From Pelomyxa schiedti (Eukaryota > Protista > Evosea): a DNA stretch of 64,000 nt. Location: the NCBI GenBank assembly GCA_020536535.1, contig JAHLWZ010000869.1, positions 1,595 through 65,594 on the forward strand, written 5' to 3'. The notes below the pieces were generated by a model, which saw only the letters and a program-made list of their open reading frames with translations, did no database searches and was not told the DNA's origin. Positions 49,601 to 62,873 of the stretch are shown here, one piece after another (position 1 is the first letter of the stretch; each line of letters opens with the position of its first letter). The position numbers and the translations under genes are program-made.

Positions 49601-52600
49601 CCCTCCTCTAACTAAACTTCTCTCAGCTTGCTTCATTACCGTACATTTTGGGTAAGCTTCTCTCACTAGAAAAGTTTGCATTGAAATATGACGATAATCC
49701 GTATGGAAAACTCACTCCTTATTGGGCTTATTTGTACCTCTTGCAGGCTGGAGATTCCACCCAACGTTCTGAGTGACAGATCGGCTCTGATACGATATCT
49801 TAATGAGCAGGGAAAATCTGGCTTAGTGAGATGGAACAGTGTAAAACTTGTGCTTGTTGGTAAAGAAAATGTTGGAAAGACAACTATAAGACGATCTTTC
49901 CAAAGTAAGCCACATGATGGGATATCCACAGGTAAATACTAAGCTCTTTGACCTATTCTGAATGTCCTATGAAGATGGCGTTGATGTCGAAGCTGTTACC
50001 ATCAAAGACATACAATTTACTGTTTATGATTTTGGAGGCCAACAAATTTTCTATGGAACTCATCAGTTTTTCCTTTCCATTCGGTCACTGTATCTTATCG
50101 TATTCGATGCAACCAGTATTGAATTGACCAATTTGGAGTTCTGGTAACTTTTATATTTTTTTAGTACTTTCCTTAAGTGGTTTTTAGGGTCAGGCAAGTG
50201 GGAAATTCGAGTGGCAATATGTTGTCACCTGTCATATTTGTTGGAACACATACCGACCAGCTCACACCGGATGGAATTGCCGCAATAACCAAGCAAATAA
50301 ATGCTAAATTCAAGCATAGGTCACAGGTACCCAGCACACCCTTTTCCTGCATGTTAAGTAGTGAAAGGTTCGCGTTGAAGGTTGTTGCATGGTGGATTCT
50401 CGAGCCCCTTCAGGAATAGTTGAACTGACCAATCTCATTGTAAAAGTCGCCATTTCTAATGGGATGCTTCGCAAAAGTGTACCAGCACGTTGGGTGACAT
50501 TATCTGAGAAGATTATCAATGCAAGAAATAATATGCAAACAATGCTCTGGGGGGACTTTGTTTCTCTAGCAAGTTCATTAGACATGTCTGTTCAAGAGGC
50601 TCGTGATGTAGCCCAGTTTTTGCACGATGTTGGAGTTATTGTTTACTGGTGGGATGCATATTCCTCTATCAGTAGTTTGATTGTTATTGATCCGCATTTT
50701 ATGGCACAGATAATGGCAACTGTTGTAAGTTTTTGATGTATTATTACCTTTTTGTTCATTGATAACCAGATAACATTTAAACCAAATTTTGTACGGGATG
50801 GCAGGCTTCAAGCTGGAGCTCTCCCTCTTCTATGGAAAAATTTTCCTCTAGAACAGCATGCCTCCATTGTACACCTTCTTGAAATGTATGGTGTACTTTT
50901 TCCACTCAAAAGCCAGACTGCATCATCTGTTTCATCAGGTGCATCAGCACTTTCTGCATCTGAAGCACCATATGTAACAGAATATCTCGTTCCTTCTCTG
51001 TTACCTGATCAGGAACCACCAGACCTTCACCGCGTTTGGCCTTCCAACAGCCCATCGTTTTTATCACAGTGGTGGCGAGTTTTATCATTCAGCTCACTGC
51101 CTCTTGGGTTTTTCCCACGGTTATTGTCACGGGTTCTTCATATGCCTGGTGCTACGCCAGTAATCTGCTGGAAGAATGGTGCTGTTATCTCTTTTCCGTC
51201 AATCAGTACAACAAGCCCCCCTCCAATTGTCACATCAGGTGGGAACACTTCAGTAACCCCACCAATCCCCCTGAGTTCTAGTGCTCAAGTTCCCTCTGCA
51301 TCCCAAGTAGTTTCATTCTCGGATTTGGCTGCTGCTCCAACAGCGGCAGTGGCTGCAGCTGTTGCAGCTGCCTCTGCAGCAGCATCTGCAGTGAGTAGTG
51401 CCATTACCAATATGCTTGGCTCTCTCACTCCTACCTCCCAAATTGTGCGTCTTGACTTCACGGCAGCAGCAGGTAGTACCTATAAATTGAATGTGCGAGT
51501 GCGAAGTGCAGAATTCTTTATCTTGCAGCAGTTGTTACATATTGTTGACAGCTGCATCACGTGTTTTTACACGCCAATTGCGTCATCAGGTGATTTGTTC
51601 TCCAGGTTGTATCTTACCCTGATCCACTTAAGTTGTAAGAAATATTGTATGCCCTCTGTGTAACCTGTCTTCTGATGGGCAACCCACATTCATGTTTTCT
51701 TATGATGAAGTCATCGACTCTCTAACCAAAGGTGGCTCGGACTTAGTGGTTTTTTTCAACTAAACTACCAGAAGGTATTGCAATAATTCATTGCCGCGGA
51801 CCACAGGACCGCCATGCACTTCTGATCAAAGATCTCGTACCTGATTTATCGATGACTTCTCATTCCGTCATCCCCAATACCCAAATTCAGTGTGACAAAC
51901 TTCTTGGTGAAGGCTCTTTTGGTCGTGTTTGGAAGGCCAGCTGGTGTGGCAGGAGTGTTGCTTTCAAGGAGCTGAAACTTGAAGAGGGAGAAATTTCTTC
52001 CAAGTTCGGTGAGCTGCAAAAAGAGGCAGATATAATGATCGGGCTGGATTCCCCTTTCGTTCTGGCACTTTATGGCGTCTGTTTATCTCCTCCCGCTATG
52101 GTACTGGGTGTGTCTTTTCCCCTTCCTGTTACTTTGCGAGTGGAAAACTGACGATCACAACTCTTAAGAGTTGGCACCACAGGGAGATTTAAATAGACTT
52201 CTGCGAAAGACAAAAGATAGTAGCTTGGAAGCCACATCTGATCAGGACTATGAAACACCCCTGCCCAATCCACTGCGCGTTGCCCTTGCCCTTGATATTG
52301 CAACAGGATTAGCGTATCTGCACAGTGTATCCCCCCATCCCATTATTCACAGGTGTGTTGTGTTATTCCTCTATTTGTCTGAATCCTCTTTATCAGGGAC
52401 TTGAGGTCTCCAAATTGTTTCCTTTTCAGCCTGTCCCTCAATGCACCTGTGAGAGCAAAAATTGCTGTATGCACTCATTCAAAGTACCTATCACTAATTC
52501 CAACAAAGGATTTTGGTCTATCAGAATCTTTACTTCCCAACACTGGGGGTGTCTTAAACACCTGGCAGGTTGTTCCTTGGTATTTATTAGATTTCCATAA

Positions 52601-54261
52601 ACATATTACAGTGGTTAGCCCCTGAAATTATTGATATTAATTCCCGAACTTATGATGAAAAATCTGATGTCTATTCTCTTGGGTAAAAAAAAAATTTTTT
52701 TTTTGAGCCATAACACCTCTCAGGATGGTTTTATGGGAAATTGCAGCTCGCCAGCAGCCGTTTGACGAGCTATGGGATCGGCCGGAATTCAAAACAGCGG
52801 CAGGGGATGTCAGTGCAATAAAGGCCAAACAAGCAATTATTTCCTCTGGATTGCGTCCTACCATTCCTCGGAGTTGCCCCTTTAAGGTTCAGACTTTATA
52901 CCATCAATATGCTTTATAATACAGAATAGGAATTAATGAATCTCTGTTGGGCACATCTTCCATCCAATCGACCAAGTGCAGCACAGGCTTGTAAAATGCT
53001 ACGTGAAGTACTTGAGGCCACCATAACCCAGGAACTAACCGTATCTCCTGAGGAGACCCTTCCTCAGCTCTATGTGTCTTCGGTTCAAGTGTCTGGATCA
53101 CAAAGCAGCAGTATTCCTGTCCACCTTCTAACTACCTGTGAGCTCTATGTATGGTGCCTCTACAGTGATAATACTATCACGATCATGGAAGCTACACAGT
53201 GCATTCCCATTCTCACCACACCATTCCAGCAAAAGAGGCGTGAAGTTGTAGCTATTGCCGTTGCTGCTCCACACTCGCATGTTATATACTGCCTATGTGA
53301 ATCTGGGATGCTTTATAGACTGGAAGTTTGCAATAGTGGTGGTCTCGCTACACAATACCTAAAAATTGATGAGTCCTCCGGGTCTTCACACCCAGAAGAG
53401 GAAATTATCTGCAGCATTGCATTTGTCAGCTCCTCGCAACGCGATTGTGTGTGGGTCGGAACAATCAATGGACCTCAAAACTGTTGCTTGATAAACCTAC
53501 GCGATGCTAGAAGTCCTATGGGAATTTATGACTGTGTGACATTTGACACAGTACACCCACCACTTTGCATGCTGCAATTACCAACCACACGAGAAAATGA
53601 AATTCCCCCAGTTTGGGTTGGCACAATAGGGTGCATTGAAGTCATTGACACTGACTCCCATCAACTAAAGGCTACACTTGGGGCTTTGGAAATTGGCTCT
53701 GGACAAGTAGTTAGCCTTGACGTGGACAAGGAGTCCAACACGGTGTGGTGCCTGGTTTCACAAGGACCATCACCTAAGGCAGGCCTAATACTTGTCTTCG
53801 ACTGTATCACTCAGTGCGTTGTACTTCAAGCATCCACCCTTCCGGAACCCAAGTTTTTATGCATTACCCCCACAATGCAGGAGCTACCTTCCCTCCATCA
53901 ACACCTCCTGACCACTAAGCCTGCCAAAGCCGGATGGAAATCCGCGCTGGTGTGGTGCAGTGGAGCCCAAGCATCCATAGAGGCCTTCCATCACAGTGCA
54001 CCGCAAATAACAGCTGCCTCATTCTCCCGTAACTCCATTGGACCAACATCCCTGAAACTGACCGTAGCCGTTCCACCCACACCTCTAGGTACACTATCCA
54101 CAACACCAGAGCCCACCCCAACACCCCCAGCACTCAAAGTTTCAACCAGTTTACCACCACCATCAACAAAGCTCAACCTCACCGGAATGGTTCATGCCTC
54201 TGGCTTATTGCTCTGCTCCACCACCAAGGGTATCACAGCGGTCACAGTCGAGAAACACTAA
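46675..54261 (+). CDS. Roco-family kinase: RCC1 repeats, LRR, Roc GTPase, COR, TKL-type kinase, C-terminal putative beta-propeller
   Basis: RCC1: VWGSNDKGQLG, QISCGESHTFAL, YTWGYNFFGQLG. LRR: LAHLNLSYNNFITFPEEL. Roc: GKENVGKT, YDFGGQ, VGTHTD. COR: VAQFLHDVGVI, LPLGFFPRLL. Kinase: LGEGSFGRVW, HRDLRSPN, DFGLS, WLAPE. Confidence 0.9.
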
Positions 54262-54310
54262 AACCACCCCTCTGTAATCAATGCGGGGAATCACCCAAAC
54301 ACACAAATTT

Positions 54311-56429
54311 ATGCTGCGTTCATTTGTCCCCTCGCACCTTGTCGTGCCAAGGTGTTCTGTTGCTCATTTGTGTGTGGCCAGCCACCCAGCACTGCTGCAC
54401 CAAGGACCGAAGGCGGCGCCAGGCGCACGGCCACAGCAGCATCGCAGGGACACAAGGGGGGAGGCAGGAGGCGGGGCAGCGAGGCCTCGCGAGGCAATGC
54501 GGCAGGTGGGACAGGGGGCGAGGGGGGGCGGGGCGAGGCTCCCGCTCGTGGGGCCTGGCGGGGGGCGCCTCACTTCATTCCGTGAAGTATGTTTGTTGAG
54601 GGGGATGCGTGTGTTTTGGGGAGGCGGGGGGGGACGCTTTTTGGTTTTTGTTGTAGAGAGTGAGTGGTTGGTTGGCTTTGTGATTTGGAGGACAATTGAA
54701 TGATCCAATTAGCTTGATTGTACTTTTTTTGTTCCCTTTTTGTTTGTTTGTGTTTAGGTCAACCTTGGATTGAGTGCTGAAGAGGCTATTAAAGAGGCCT
54801 CAAGGTTGGACTTTTTCATCTTCTCCTTTTTTTCTATCACTAATTTTTAAAGGTGCGCAATGTGCAAGGGCTCTCCAAGGCCATGTATGGCAAAGTGTCC
54901 AATTCTTGACTCTGACTTTCCTTCTTGTGTGTCACACATTAAACGAGGTATTGAGAAGTGATAAATGCCAGTTATAACGTTCAAAGGGGATTTTACTGAG
55001 GCACTCCGGAATCTGTTGCACCAGAATCCTTTCCCTGGTGTACTTGGGCGTGTTTGCCCTCAATTTTGCACTGTAGGCTGTGTAAAAAATCGTTGCGGGC
55101 AACTTCCAGTATCTTCCAGTTTACAAGGTCTCCTTTACTAATTAAGATCAGGTATCAATCGGTGCTTTGAAGAGAGCTGCAGCACAATACGGAGATCAAA
55201 TTAAAGCAGATCCAAGATGCAAAAAACCAACTGGCAAGCGAGTAGTGGTTGTGGGGTCAGGCCCTGCTGGTTTATTGGCAGCTTATAGACTTGCTCTTGC
55301 TGGGCATGAAGTACTTGCTAATTTTCATGTTCTTTATTAACTTTGTAAGGCTTGTATTTTGGAGAGGGACTTTATTCCTGGTGGAATGCTCACTTTTGGG
55401 ATCCCGGAATTCCGCCTTCCACGCGTTGTTGTTAATCAGGTGAAATGGTATATCATTTCAATAAATTCATGAATACAGGAAATAAGCAGAATAAAGCGCA
55501 TAGGGGTTCAAATTCACACAGGTGTTCAAGTGGGTGAGACACTGCCACTGAAAGAACTACAGAAAAAATTCCACGCAATTATATTTGCTTATGGAGCATA
55601 CAAGTTTAAGAATATCCAACCCAATGCCCCTTATTTAATGGGTGACCTTAACACTCTTACAGCTTGAGATAGAGGGAGAATCCCTTAAAGGGGTACTTCA
55701 TGCACTACCTTTTTTGAGGCAAGTTAACTTGCAGCAATTGTCCGTTGGGGAGGTGAGCGTTTTATGGAAATTTCTAAATCAAAGGAAACCCTTTTTCATG
55801 AGATTGGAAGAAGAGTCGTGGTCATAGGAGGAGGCAGTGTTGCTATGGATGCTGCGAGAGCTGCACGGTACTCGTTTGACCCTCCACAGTTCCCTCTTTA
55901 CATTTTTATTTCTAGACGACTTGGTGCAGAAGTTACTGTTATTTTTCGCGGAGCCAGGCAGATGCATAACACATAAATCAAAATTTTGACAACACCTTAG
56001 AACGGAAATGACTGCCTGGGAATGGGAAGTATCTGACGCCGAAGAGGAAGGTGTCGGATTTCACTTCAATTGTGAGCCTGTATCCATTCATGGGGACACC
56101 AAAGTAAGAATTCCGACTTCATTCACTATGTTTAATTGCAAGAAAAACACCCAAAGGTAGACTACATAAAATGCAAGCACAGAGACTCTTCTACCGAGAA
56201 CCAACAATTCCACATTCCGGCAGATACCGTTGTCAAAGCCATCAGTCAAAGCCCAGAGGCACTTTTCCCTCAACCAGCGGCACTGGCAATCGGGAATTGT
56301 GGGATCTTCACTGCCGGCGATTGTATATCCGGTCCCATGAGTCTGTGCCACGCACTGGCCAGTGCGTCGTTGGCTACAAAGGCAGCCCTCGCGCACCTCT
56401 CTGGCACCCGTGCGTCTCAGTTGCCATGA
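54311..56429 (+). CDS. GltD/SudA/NfnB-like NAD(P)H-dependent Fe-S flavoprotein with N-terminal extension
   Basis: [84 protein letters not shown]. Start is either 54281 or 54311. Confidence 0.9.
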
Positions 56430-56662
56430 CGACAGCGAGTTTCGCATTAGAACTGAACGAGGAGGTTCTATGCCGAAATAGCAATTTCACGCAGTTGTTT
56501 TTTCTAAATCAAATGCAAATGGAACGACGCATTTATTTTGAATTTTTTTCGTTTCCTACGTCGCGACCCCCTTCGCGTCTACCAAATAATCCAAAGCAAA
56601 GTACCAAGTCCTCGGCACCCACAGCCAACAAATAACAATCGCTTTTTCGAACCCATAACGAA

Positions 56663-57939
56663 ATGTCTACAACCGATAGTTGCAGTTGCACCGCCACGAC
56701 CCCCGAGGCGCCCACAACAACAACCCCGGCTCCCGTCGCCGAAACAACAACACCGACTCCCACAATTGCACCAACAACCCCTGCGGCCCCCGCTGAGCAA
56801 CCCGAGAAAAAGTGCGAGTGTTGTGAGCACACCCCAAGCACCGAAACACCTGCCGTCGTCGCGGCTACCCCGAAGACCGAGGAGGCCCCAAAGACTGAGG
56901 AACCAAAAGTAGAAGCTCCTGTGGTGGAAACAAAACAGGAAGAATCCAAAGAATCAACATCACCATCAACAGCAACAATTACTCCAATAGTAGAAACAGC
57001 AACTCCCACACCTACAACTGCAGCAGCTCCTCAGCCTGAGGACGATGATGTCCCTGACCTGGAGGATCCCACTTTGGCAAAGCCAAAGGAAGACGAAAAA
57101 ATCGGTGGGTTATATCTATCTAAAATGCTTAAGTCAATTCAATAAAGTAACACTAAGAAAATAATAAGAGGTTGAGAGGGTAGTTCTGTTCTGTATGTAA
57201 CTCCACTACAGAGGCTGCACAGACCAAGAAACAGAGCAGAAGTGAGAAAAAGTCCAGACAGGCCGTTGCCAAGCTCGGTCTCAAGCCAGTACCCAATGTC
57301 ACTCGAGTTACCATGAAGCGTGCCAAGAACGCCATGCTGGTAATCATCAGCCCCGAGGTATTCAAGGCACCAACCTCCGACACCTACGTTATCTTTGGAG
57401 AAGCCAAGATGGAAGACACTTCCAACACAGCTGCATCCAATGCAGCCAAGGAGATTGAGAAGGCAGCCCGCGCTGCCGGAGTCGTCCCTCCCTCCACAAC
57501 CCCAGCAGCAACAACCCCAGCTTCTACAACCACTCCCGCAACCACCACACCAGCTCCTGCCCCCGAAACCACAACTACAACCACCACAACCACTACTACA
57601 ACTCCGGCAACACCGGAAGCTACCACTCCAGTGGAAACACCTGCTGTTGCAGAAACACCTGCAACCCCTGCCACCCCTGCAACGCCAGCAGCACCAGCAG
57701 CACCTGGTAAGTTCTATTTCTTCTTCTTGCCTTTTCAGCTCACAGACTCCTAGTTGAAGACGAAACGGGTCTTGAGGCCTCTAAGATTCAAACTGTTATG
57801 GATCAGGCCAAGGTCGACAGAGCCACAGCAATTCGCGTCCTTCGCGAGAAGAAGGGAGACATGGTCGAAGCTGTCATGGTATTTTCCATTTCACTGTGCA
57901 CTTATCTTTGCTAACTTTTTTGGATAGTCCCTCTCATAA
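56663..57939 (+). CDS. NACA: Nascent polypeptide-associated complex alpha subunit with Thr/Pro/Ala/Glu-rich expansions
   Basis: QSRSEKKSRQAVAKLGLKPVPNVTRVTMKRAKNAMLVIISPEVFKAPTSDTYVIFGEAK; UBA-like C-terminus VMDQAKVDRATAIRVLREKKGDMVEAVM. Confidence 0.92.
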
Positions 57940-58136
57940 GCCCATCCGCGTTTATACGGTTTTATTTGACTCCGGAAAAATAACACCAGCAGCACACTTC
58001 CGTACTCTTTGTCGAAACAGAATTTAACAGAATTACCATTTCAGTTTCTTCTTGTGTTGGCGAAAACGAAAAAGACTGATGAACCTGTGTGATTTGTCCT
58101 TGTGGTCAAATTGTTACCACAAGGACACCCCAATCG

Positions 58137-61100
58137 CTAAATTTCCCACGAGGAATCAACAAAGAGAGATTCGCATAAAATCACAGGGAGGCGAGGAGGG
58201 CAGAGGCAAGGGCACCCCAGGACTGAGGGGACACGTCGATCAGCAGGGCGCATTGTGCCTCGGCCCAGTCCATGGACTTGCTGGCCAGGAGCTCCCATTC
58301 GTCCCTCAGTGCAGAAAGGTTCTTCTCGAGGAAATCTGGGGGTGTTGGTTGTTCAGAAAATTTGGGAGTGTGGGTTGGGGAATACCTAAAACTACAAAAG
58401 TCATCCAGAGTTGGTGTGCATCAACTGAAGAGGGTGTTGTTGAAAGTGCATCACTTGGTGGTTGCTGTTGTTGTTGCTGCTCAGGGCGTTGCCGGGGTTC
58501 ATGTGGTGGAATGGCTGAGAGAACTTTTTCAAGAGTTACACCAATAGCAGCTGCAACAGGTTCTGTGGCCGGCCAAGACCCGTCCGCGTTTTGCAGCAGC
58601 GCGATTGAGAGGAGCTTCTGGCTCGCAGCCGACTGCTCCGCGGACTCGTTCTGCTGGGAATTGGAGGCAGATTGACAACAGGAGGCTCGTCCGGACTGTA
58701 GCGCCTTTACTGCAAAACCTATTTTGGCTTCTGGTGGTGCAGGAGCAGAATCACAACAAACCGCGGAATCACAGTCGTCCGCGGTGCAGTCTGAATTGGA
58801 ATTAGGAGCACAAAGGAAAAGAATTGTCCCCACAACCCCTCCTCATCTTGACAATGCAGTCAACATAGCCATGGATTAGCCTGGAAATTGCTTGTCCATC
58901 TGAGGTAATTAAATTAAGGTACTCATCTGAGTGCCCGCCAAAGTCTATTGTCAGGCTCGAAGCCGTGGGTCCCCATCTTTTGAGGAAGTGCAGAGGATAT
59001 GTCTTGGTCACAGTCTTGTTGGAAAATATTAGAGTGCACAAGGGTTCAGTTGATATCGAAAAACATGGGAAGCTGGATCCAATTCGAAGATGTTGCTTCT
59101 TGAAACACCAAGGAGTATATCTCTTAGAGCGCCCTTACTTTTAACCTTTGACATACATTTATTATAATAGAAGTATTACAGGAAGGCAGGTGACCTTGCA
59201 AGGAAATATTGACATTCCAAATGTAGGTAAGGAGTGGGCATGTTGTACATATCTGTACTTTGCGCACTCAGGATCCATTTTGCCAAGTCGAGCCCATCCT
59301 GTTTCAATTTCTTTCAGGATGTGTTTTTGGTTCTGGAGAGATGGAGGAAGTAAGTCTTGTAGTTTGCTTTAAGGCCGTTAGTTCATTTAATCAGGAAAAT
59401 AAATTTGAGAGAAAGAGAAATAATGGGTAATACAGCTTCAACGATTTTTTGTTTTGTGAAGTGTCAAACACTCCAAGAGTGACCAGGGCATCCAAAGATG
59501 CAAGCTGCACCATTTCCTCGCGAGTGGTGTAAAGAGTACCATTGATAATTTGCTCTTTCACCTGACCATATCAGGCAGTTACTGAAAGTGTTTTGGTTTT
59601 ATTACCGTCTTATAAATAATTCCGCACTGTGTCGGTTCAATAGCCAAATTACTATCCGCTATGTATAACTTTTTTTTGAGAAGAAGGAGAGACTCCGGAC
59701 TAATGGGCTGTTCCAAAAGGCTCTTTTTACTATCCAACGGTGTATCAATCCCTATTGCGGCAATGGGAGAAGTGGTGTTTCTAGTACGTTTTTGATTTAC
59801 AGGACAAAATACCACTGTCAAAGAACCAATCATCAGCGGCATGTGTGATGCCAATGCTGTCAAGAATGGTTTCTATTGCCTCCTTTTGAAGTGGAGAAAT
59901 GGATATGAATACTAAAGAAAAATACAATATCCACAGGTTCATACTTTTATAGGTCGTCTCTCATCTACTAGAATGGTTCTCACCGTTCCATCCAACAACT
60001 TGACTTGTCGTGGAACAGTGTGTTGTCGTTTTTGGAAAGTATCAAAAGCTGGACATCCTTCACCTCTTGGGGTTGTGGGGTGGGCAGCGCTAGTGGGAGT
60101 CATTGAATTATCCGTAGAGCTGATATTCCTCTGAACGCCCACATATGAGGTCAGAGTGGAGAGAACCCCATACTTCGTTGAGAGTTCAACAATCATTTCT
60201 GAGTGTTGTTTTTTTGGGTTTCTGTGCATTAGTCCTGGAACACAAGAATTCTCCAATTCTTTTATTCTTTCCCTGATAATAAATGAGAGGAGAACTCAGT
60301 TCCCAACTTGTAGTAATTGATTGTAATACCGAACACCGAGGCAGTGAAGCATATCCCCTTCAGGTAGAATGACACTTGAACTGAGTGAGGAGTGAAAATC
60401 ACATGCCATAGCCCTGAATTCGCCGTGGAACGAAACCACATCTTCCGTGGCGGTAACATTTTGCTGTTCTAGTCTGTGAATTTTTCATTGTTACAGGCAC
60501 AGAAAAAAACAAGAGAGGAAAAAACCAAATATACCTTCCAGAGAAGAACCCAAAAATGGTCGTGGTACAATTATTTTCAACTCGGAATTCTGCTGGAAAT
60601 GTGGAATATACATTCAACTTTGGACTCCAGGTAATGGACTGGTTCAAGATGCGGTCGTGAAGAACTGCTTTTAATAGCCTCATGACCTGTTGGAAGCTAG
60701 GTAAAATGCACTCCTGAACGTTGTTTATAGGGGCTTCCACTCACACCTTGGGTTCAATTCTTTCTCCCTCTCTGGCATATTCGGAGACACCATCACCAGC
60801 ATGAGAAAGTCCATCAACAAGTGGTTTTGAGCAGCCACCGCCAATTCCAAGTGAAAATACATGACATCTGCTTTCCGTTGATCTAGCTGATGCTACTGCA
60901 GTAAGCACTGCATTGGTGTTCAGCACTTCCCCGTCAGTGATAACAACAACACTCCTAGGGGAGAATTACATTATCCTTCTCTATCTTTGAATGTTTCTCA
61001 CCTGACAGAGGAATCTACTGCAAATGGTTTTCCCAGAGTGTGAACAAGAGGTTCCAAAAGCTCTGTTCCCCCCATGTTGGCAGACTCCATTTTTGCCACT

Positions 61101-62800
61101 TCCTTTGTTGCGCGCTCCAGTTCTGATTGGGAGTAGCAAACACTTTCATTGTACATCTCAGAAAATTTAGTGCCAAATCTGCCAGACGGTTATCGATCGA
61201 TAGGACATTGAGAAAATACCCGATAATGTTGATTCGGGTTCCAATCTGTTAGGTGTTAAATATTCCATCAAGATAACACTTTACGCACAGGAATTGAACG
61301 GAGGAATAGCTGCAATGCTCTGACGGCATGTGTTATCCTGTATCCACTCATTGACCCACTTCTGTCAAGCAAGAAGATCTATTCTCACACAATCCCAAAG
61401 AATTTATGAGTTTTCACCACAGTAGCGAGGGGAAATGTAGGCTCATACAATTTCTCTTTGATGTGTTGCCCAACTGGAAGGTGGGTGCTGCAAGGTAATA
61501 TTGGGTGAAATCAGCGCCGCAATGCAAGTCGAGTTATGCCTGGGGCTATACTCTGTGTACATCAATGTGGTTGGGCTTCCGGATACACAAAGAACCAAAA
61601 TGAAATCTGACTCCTGAAGTGGTGCATCATCACAGGCGCACTCCAAGTGGGTGACTCCTTCAGTCATTGATTTAGTGACCTAAAAACCCAGGTTTTAAGG
61701 TCATTTCTTTTGGGAGAGAACGCCCATTTACGTACAGATATTTGATTACTGTGCGATGGAGATTCAATTGACAAGCTATTGCAAGGCATTCCTTTTTCTC
61801 AAAAATGAGAGGAGATCGTAGGATGCACACATACGTATATCCATGGAAATATGGAGTGGACAACTACCAAAACCCACTTGCTGGCTGAGGGAAGTCTGGT
61901 AACTTATGGGATGAAAAAATGAAACTGGGAAGGAAAAGAAGAGTTAATTGATTGAGTCAATTGAATAGCGCAGCGCGCCGCAGCAAAAAAAAAAAATACA
62001 TGCCAGCTTTTGCCGGAATGAGAAACTTTCTCACCTGCTTTCCATTGCCCATATTTGTAGTTATCAGTTGGGTCACACACTCCACAAGTATTTTCGCCTC
62101 GGTCCCGGGAGCCAAATTTCCCAATGAAAGTTTGAACCCATTGTCTCTTTCTTGATCAAGAAGAAAGGCAGTATGTCCTGATGCAATTGCATTGTCATAT
62201 CTATTTTCATCAACTCAGAGAGTGTCTTTTCTAGAGACGATAGGAATTTATGATTCACATACATCTGAAAAGCAAGTTCACTTTTGCAACAGGTTCCAGT
62301 GATCAAACTTCCATTCATATCGGCGCTGAAACCCTTCACTGTGGTTTCAAACTGGCAGTGCCACAAAGGAAATTGGAACGTGGTTTCAAGAGAGTACTCT
62401 GTGCTGTTGCGAAATGTGTAGGTGATTGTGTAAGACCCCATGAGGCCCATGATGCAGCCTTCAACAGAGACGTTGGACATGGGAAGGAGAAGTTGCCTCC
62501 CCAATGATGGGCCACTGGTAGTTACCTCTCCCCTCAATCCAAACCACGAGTTCTGAATCTTATCAAGGTATTCCTCAATGCTTTGAGGTGGTCCAAAGTC
62601 TGCTAAAGATGGAGGATTGTATTGACTGTCCTGTGACAGTGCTGGTGATGGATGAGAATCCCCAGCAGTACTCGAAAGTAGTTCATCGAGGAACGCAAAA
62701 GTGTCGCTGCATTCATAGCTGGAATGTGTTTTCCCTCTATTTGCACATGCACAAGATGCACTCCCAGAAGAGGCAACATAAAACACTGTGCCGGATCCAT
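58137..62800 (-). CDS. VIT-vWA (vWA5A/PARP4-like) protein with an inserted talin-type FERM head (F1-F2-F3)
   Basis: VIT: YTFRNSTEYSLETTFQFPL, YDNAIASG, SLGNLAPG. vWA: FLLDRSGSM, MGGTELLEPL, ITDGEV, FSLGIG. Talin: VKLLDGTVRTILVDE, LLLKKKLYIAD, AKYRYVQHAHSLPTFG, KRWGPTASSLTIDFG..GQAISRLIHGYVD. vWA5A-like tail: LQNADGSW, DEWELLASKSMDW. Confidence 0.85.
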
Positions 62801-62873
62801 CCTTTGTGACAAAGATATTTCTCTGTGAATTTTCTCTGAGCAATCCTTTTTTGTTGCTGGTGGTTTGGTGTTA

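Noticed and set aside
62700-62790. SWIM zinc-finger-like CxC...C
   Set aside because: The final His is absent, and most of the segment is probably intronic (GT at ~62786, AG at ~62737).
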